In this document: one piece after another, positions 37,084 to 40,848 of the stretch
Layout of the letters: each line of letters opens with the position of its first letter
Numbering within the stretch: the stretch's first letter is position 1
DNA from: an uncultured Porphyromonadaceae bacterium
GTDB lineage: Bacteria; Bacteroidota; Bacteroidia; Bacteroidales; Muribaculaceae
DNA length: 40,848 bases
Assembly: GCA_947176285.1 (NCBI GenBank)
Contig: CAMWQF010000001.1
Location: forward strand, 1-40,848
Reading direction: 5' to 3'
Notes under the pieces: model-generated
The model's database searches: none
The model's input: the letters and a program-made list of their open reading frames with translations, nothing else
Told to the model about the DNA's origin: nothing
Program-made: the position numbers and the translations under genes

Positions 37084-37132
37084 TTTAGGTTTTTAAGGTC
37101 TTTAAGGACCTTAAAGTCTTTAAAGTCCTTAA
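37084..37132. repeat. 9-bp array TTAARGWCY upstream of the LEA-like gene
   Basis: tttaggttt ttaaggtct ttaaggacc ttaaagtct ttaaagtcc ttaa. Confidence 0.9.
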
Positions 37133-37227
37133 TCGAACTCCTTATTGAATAAACGCTTTCATAGTTATCTTGGTTTACAGACTGCATAGCCTTTAGAGCA
37201 TTATGACTTGATTCGGCTTTAACGAAA

Positions 37228-38448
37228 TTAATTATGCATTCTAAGCATCGCTTCTTTAGTAGCCTCGTGCGTATTGAATGCCGTAAGCCTCAGATATCCT
37301 TCACCTTCAGCTCCGAATCCGGATCCCGGCGTTCCGACTATTCCATGTGTCTTCAGAAGATAATCGAAAAATTCCCATGATGTCATCCCTATCGGTGTCT
37401 TCAGCCAAATATATGGAGAGTCAACACCTCCGATAACTTCAAAGCCGGTTTCGGTAAGGGATTCACGCATCATTCTTGCATTCTCCATATAATATTCAAT
37501 TGTCTCTTTTATCTGCGATCTCCCTTCAGGAGTGTAGACTGCTTCGGCTGCACGCTGAGATATATATGAGGCACCATTGAACTTCGTGCATTGACGGCGG
37601 TTCCAAAGTCGATTGAGGCTTACTTCATTTCCTTCAGAATCGAGTCCTTTAAGAGCAAATGGCACAACTGTGTAGCCACAACGTACCCCGGTGAAACCTG
37701 CAGTCTTTGAGAAACTTCGGAATTCCACTGCCACTTCCTTTGCTCCTTCTATCTCATAGATGCTATGAGGAACGTTTTCGCTATGTATAAATGATTCGTA
37801 GGCAGAATCAAAGAGTATAAGACATCCTTCTTCTTTGGCATATGTCACCCATTTTTGCAATTCATTGCGAGTCATGGCTGTTCCCGTGGGATTATTGGGG
37901 CTGCATAGATAAACTACGTCGGGTCGCTGTTTCGGCAGTTGCGGAACATAACCATTGGTTTTATTTATAGGAATGTATATTATTCCATCATGATGTTCGC
38001 CATCTCGTTTGCCACCACGTCCACCCATCACATTGGTATCGACATAGACAGGATATACAGGGTCGGTAACTGCTACCGTATTGTCTTGAGCAAGGATATC
38101 GAAGAAATTGCCGAGGTCACTCTTAGCCCCGTCGCCGATAAAAATCTCGTCGGAAGATATGTCAATGCCTCGTTTATGATAGTCGAAATCTGCAATTTTA
38201 TCGCGAAGAAAAGAGTAACCCTGTTCCGGTCCATAACCATGAAAAGTAGCTGTTTCGGCTTCATCATCCACAGCCTTGTGCATAGCCTCAATGGCGGCTT
38301 TACATAATGGGCGAGTCACGTCGCCGATTCCCATCCGAATAACTTTCACCTCGGGATTCTCTTCCTGAAACTCCTTCACCCGTCTTGCCACTTCCGAAAA
38401 AAGATAAGACTCCGGAAGCAACAGAAAATTATCATTTATCCGTATCAT
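37228..38448 (-). CDS. dapL: LL-diaminopimelate aminotransferase
   Basis: SYLF, MGIGDVT, GYGPEQGY, DGAKSD, SFSKTAGFTGVRCG, KFNG; start moved to 38448 because the upstream ATG lies in a repeat. Confidence 0.97.
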   Translation of the reverse strand: MIRINDNFLLLPESYLFSEVARRVKEFQEENPEVKVIRMGIGDVTRPLCKAAIEAMHKAVDDEAETATFHGYGPEQGYSFLRDKIADFDYHKRGIDISSDEIFIGDGAKSDLGNFFDILAQDNTVAVTDPVYPVYVDTNVMGGRGGKRDGEHHDGIIYIPINKTNGYVPQLPKQRPDVVYLCSPNNPTGTAMTRNELQKWVTYAKEEGCLILFDSAYESFIHSENVPHSIYEIEGAKEVAVEFRSFSKTAGFTGVRCGYTVVPFALKGLDSEGNEVSLNRLWNRRQCTKFNGASYISQRAAEAVYTPEGRSQIKETIEYYMENARMMRESLTETGFEVIGGVDSPYIWLKTPIGMTSWEFFDYLLKTHGIVGTPGSGFGAEGEGYLRLTAFNTHEATKEAMLRMHN

Positions 38449-38455
38449 TTTCTTT

Positions 38456-38518
38456 AATTCATAATTCACAATTCATAATGCATAATTCACAATGCTGCAC
38501 ATTCAAAATACAAAATTC
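38456..38518. repeat. 7-bp array between dapF and dapL
   Basis: aattcat aattcac aattcat aatgcat aattcac aatgctg, then degenerate copies. Confidence 0.9.
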
Positions 38519-39321
38519 TAAATAATTCCGTCGAATACTGTGACTGCGGGTCCCGTCATTAAGACGTGGCATCTATCATCAAGGCGGATATGCAAGTCTC
38601 CGCCAAGCAGATGCACCGTGACGTCATTGCCGGTGAGCCCAAGTTGGATAGCGGCAACAGCTGTAGCACAGGCTCCTGTGCCGCATGCCATCGTCTCGCC
38701 GCTTCCTCTTTCCCAGACTCTCATCTCTACTTCATCTTTGCCGGAAACTTTGGCAAATTCAATATTAGAGCGATCCGGAAATCTCTCATGTTTCTCGGCT
38801 AACGGTCCTTGTCCAAGAACCATTGCATCCGACGGGGTTTTAACTGAGTATACCACAAAATGAGGATTCCCCATCGATATGATGCTGCCTGTAAGATTAG
38901 TGCCATCGGGCAACTTTATTGTTTCTTCAATAGCCTCAGTTTCAGGTTTCCCCATATCTACTGTAACCCATGTTTCCTCGTCGCCGGGTTTGGCTTTCGG
39001 GTCAATATCAATGATTTTTATTCCTGAAAGTGTGTCTATCTCAAGATGGTGATTGTCGGTCAAGCCATTGTCAAACACATACTTGGCTACGCAACGTATG
39101 CCATTTCCACACATTTTACCTTCAGAACCGTCGGCATTGAAAATCCTCATCATAAAGTCAACCTTATCAGACTTGCAGATAAGAATTATTCCATCACCTC
39201 CGATCCCTTTATGTCTGTCGCTAAGTCTGATTGCCAATTCACTGACATTATCTGGCACTCCCTCACGGCAATCTATATAGACATAGTCGTTGCCGCATCC
39301 ATGCATCTTCGTAAATTTCAT
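38518..39321 (-). CDS. dapF: Diaminopimelate epimerase
   Basis: KMHGCGND, MCGNG, MGNPH, ERGSGETMACGTG. Confidence 0.98.
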   Translation of the reverse strand: MKFTKMHGCGNDYVYIDCREGVPDNVSELAIRLSDRHKGIGGDGIILICKSDKVDFMMRIFNADGSEGKMCGNGIRCVAKYVFDNGLTDNHHLEIDTLSGIKIIDIDPKAKPGDEETWVTVDMGKPETEAIEETIKLPDGTNLTGSIISMGNPHFVVYSVKTPSDAMVLGQGPLAEKHERFPDRSNIEFAKVSGKDEVEMRVWERGSGETMACGTGACATAVAAIQLGLTGNDVTVHLLGGDLHIRLDDRCHVLMTGPAVTVFDGII

Positions 39322-39386
39322 ATGGATTCAAAAATATCTAAACAATATTACCTGTAGACTAAATTTTTATAATGTTAGTGCCCTCG

Positions 39387-39737
39387 TTATTCTTTTTTTG
39401 CAATAGGATACGAAAGCATCAATATTGCCATAACGCAGCAAAGGTTGACGATTTGCCCCGACATCTGTGGAGAACCGTATAAAAGGAAGCCATTGATGAG
39501 CCCATCTAACCAGAATAATATTATAGATAGAGCCACCATCGTAAACCAGAACATGGTCCGTTTTATTAATAACATCGTCATACTCAGACATATAAATAGT
39601 CCGACTGCAATAAGCACGACGCCGACCCATGTTTCCGTGGCTGAAAGGGCTGAATTGATACTAATCACTCCTCCTACGATCCGAGCAACTCCAACGATAT
39701 ACGCCAGAACACTTCCACAAATTGCTTTAATGCTCAT
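39387..39737 (-). CDS. Hypothetical four-TM membrane protein
   Basis: Four hydrophobic segments; TAATTTTG -7 box at 39768-39775. Confidence 0.65.
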   Translation of the reverse strand: MSIKAICGSVLAYIVGVARIVGGVISINSALSATETWVGVVLIAVGLFICLSMTMLLIKRTMFWFTMVALSIILFWLDGLINGFLLYGSPQMSGQIVNLCCVMAILMLSYPIAKKE

Positions 39738-39912
39738 ATTATTGTCTAATTTTGGTATTTAGCGTTGCAAAATTAGCAATTTTTTATGAGAATTCTATTA
39801 TCTTTTGATATTTTCTTTAAATCTAATTTTATGAGGCTATTGATGAACGATTTTGCGCGATAAGGGTGAAAACGATATTTAGATAAGTAATTTTGCACAA
39901 AAACGATTCTTT

Positions 39913-40263
39913 ATGAATATTACAGATATCCTTACTCTCATTGGTACAGTCGGTGGGATTCAAGGCCTTGTAGAAGTTGGAAAATGGTGGCAAACCAGAA
40001 ATCTCAATCAGCGAAAGGAAGAAGCCGATGTAAAAGCTACAGAAAACCAAGTTACCCGTTCCCAAATCGACTGGCTTGAAAAACGTCTTGCAGAGCGAGA
40101 CTCAAAAATTGACGCTATCTATGCCGAACTCCGCAAAGAGCAGACTCTCCGCATTGGCGAAATCCATCAGCGCCACGAGGCTGAGCTCCGACTTGCCGAA
40201 GCCGAAGCCCGCAAATGCCTCATCCGCGGCTGCGCCCAACGCCAACCCCCAAGCGAATACTGA
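39913..40263 (+). CDS. Hypothetical protein, N-terminal TM plus coiled coil plus CxxxxCxxRxPP (Bacteroidales prophage holin-like)
   Basis: Architecture read from the translation; TAATTTTG -7 box at 39888-39895; phage link is recollection only. Confidence 0.6.
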   Translation: MNITDILTLIGTVGGIQGLVEVGKWWQTRNLNQRKEEADVKATENQVTRSQIDWLEKRLAERDSKIDAIYAELRKEQTLRIGEIHQRHEAELRLAEAEARKCLIRGCAQRQPPSEY

Positions 40264-40282
40264 TCCGACCTAGATAACGCTC

Positions 40283-40423
40283 CATTACTTTTCAGTCGCG
40301 TATAAAAATTAGAGAAATTGAAGTTTATTTTTATGAGTCGGAGCCCAAGTAAAATACTCTAAAGATTCCCATCAAAAATGAAATGGCGTTTTCGATGTGT
40401 CTTATACCCGGCTGAAAGTAATG
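40283..40423. repeat. Imperfect 22-23 bp inverted repeats bounding a 141-bp segment (possible MITE/IS remnant)
   Basis: CATTACTTTTCAGTCGCGTATAA (40283-40305) vs reverse complement of 40402-40423, CATTACTTTCAGCCGGGTATAA. Confidence 0.7.
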
Positions 40424-40561
40424 TCTTACACTGTGTAGAATCTATTTTGTTAATCCCCCTATGCAGAGGGAGAAAAATCATCGGTAATGTCAAGAATGTT
40501 AAGAGAAATTCATCCCTGGACTCCGCGGGCTAAACTTTTGTGTTAATTTTTAGGTTTTATT

Positions 40562-40593
40562 TTTGCACAGGTGAGAGAAAATTCTTATCTTTG
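40562..40593 (+). promoter_or_regulatory. Primary-sigma promoter upstream of the NYN gene
   Basis: TTTG-N20-TATCTTTG. Confidence 0.85.
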
Positions 40594-40597
40594 CATC

Positions 40598-40655
40598 AGA
40601 AAAGCAACGCCCTGCTTTCTTGCAGGGAATAGGCCGCTTACGAGCGGCTTTTTTT
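40598..40655 (+). ncRNA. Putative ~60-nt structured leader/sRNA ending in an intrinsic terminator
   Basis: CCCTGC/GCAGGG hairpin (40610-40627), then AGGCCGCT-TACG-AGCGGCTT and T-run (40631-40655), between promoter and ATG 40663. Confidence 0.55.
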
Positions 40656-40662
40656 ATTTGTT

Positions 40663-40848
40663 ATGGAAGCTAAGAAACGAGTAACATTCTATATTGATGG
40701 CTTCAACTTCTATTTTGGACTCAAACGTACAAAAAAAGTTGATCCGGCTTGGCGTGATTTCTATTGGATTGACATAGTGAAGCTCTGCGAGAGAAGCTCA
40801 TTAACGGTGACAGATTTGAGATCGTAAGAGGCAAGTATCTTGACAAGC
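40663..40848 (+). pseudogene. NYN (LabA/DUF88, PIN-like) nuclease gene, frameshifted
   Basis: MEAKKRVTFYIDGFNFYFGL...YWIDIVKLCE, then stop at 40827; a second frame from 40791 reads EKLINGDRFEIVRGKYLDK to the window end. Confidence 0.7.

Noticed and set aside
7502-38863. Many antisense ORFs of 60-170 aa
   Set aside because: Shadows of well-supported genes with no motifs or promoters
40598-40627. H-type pseudoknot (AGAAA pairing with loop UUUCU)
   Set aside because: The connecting loop would be 1 nt, sterically unlikely; kept only as an alternative pairing

Overview
Chromosomal window from a Bacteroidales genome (Muribaculaceae-like by inference; TTTG-N19/20-TAnnTTTG promoters throughout), mostly core genes. 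In order: an ECF sigma factor fused to a TM helix, disordered linker and OM beta-barrel, with a small OM barrel gene downstream; TPR/DUF4292/EnvC; ilvD-ilvB-ilvN-ilvC; ribD; DUF6242-porG-uppS-bamA-skp-skp-murI; tRNA-Leu(TAA); ompA; EEP plus two rhomboids; HU; argS; yccA; fucP-like; AddA-like helicase-nuclease; SUI1; a Cys-less thioredoxin-fold lipoprotein; a LEA-like protein; dapL-dapF. The right end turns accessory (phage-like orphan, inverted-repeat element, broken NYN gene). Main observations: (1) the sigma/barrel fusion, with an identical ATGCAGTAT-N13-GTATCT motif at its own 5' end and before the next gene; (2) about ten intergenic 9-bp and 7-bp tandem arrays, the 9-mers sharing one quasi-palindromic design and often supplying stop or start codons; (3) a promoter/short structured RNA/terminator/NYN nuclease layout resembling type III toxin-antitoxin loci; (4) a second ECF-like motif before skp, yccA and the LEA-like gene. 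All family calls are from motif recognition; no searches were run.
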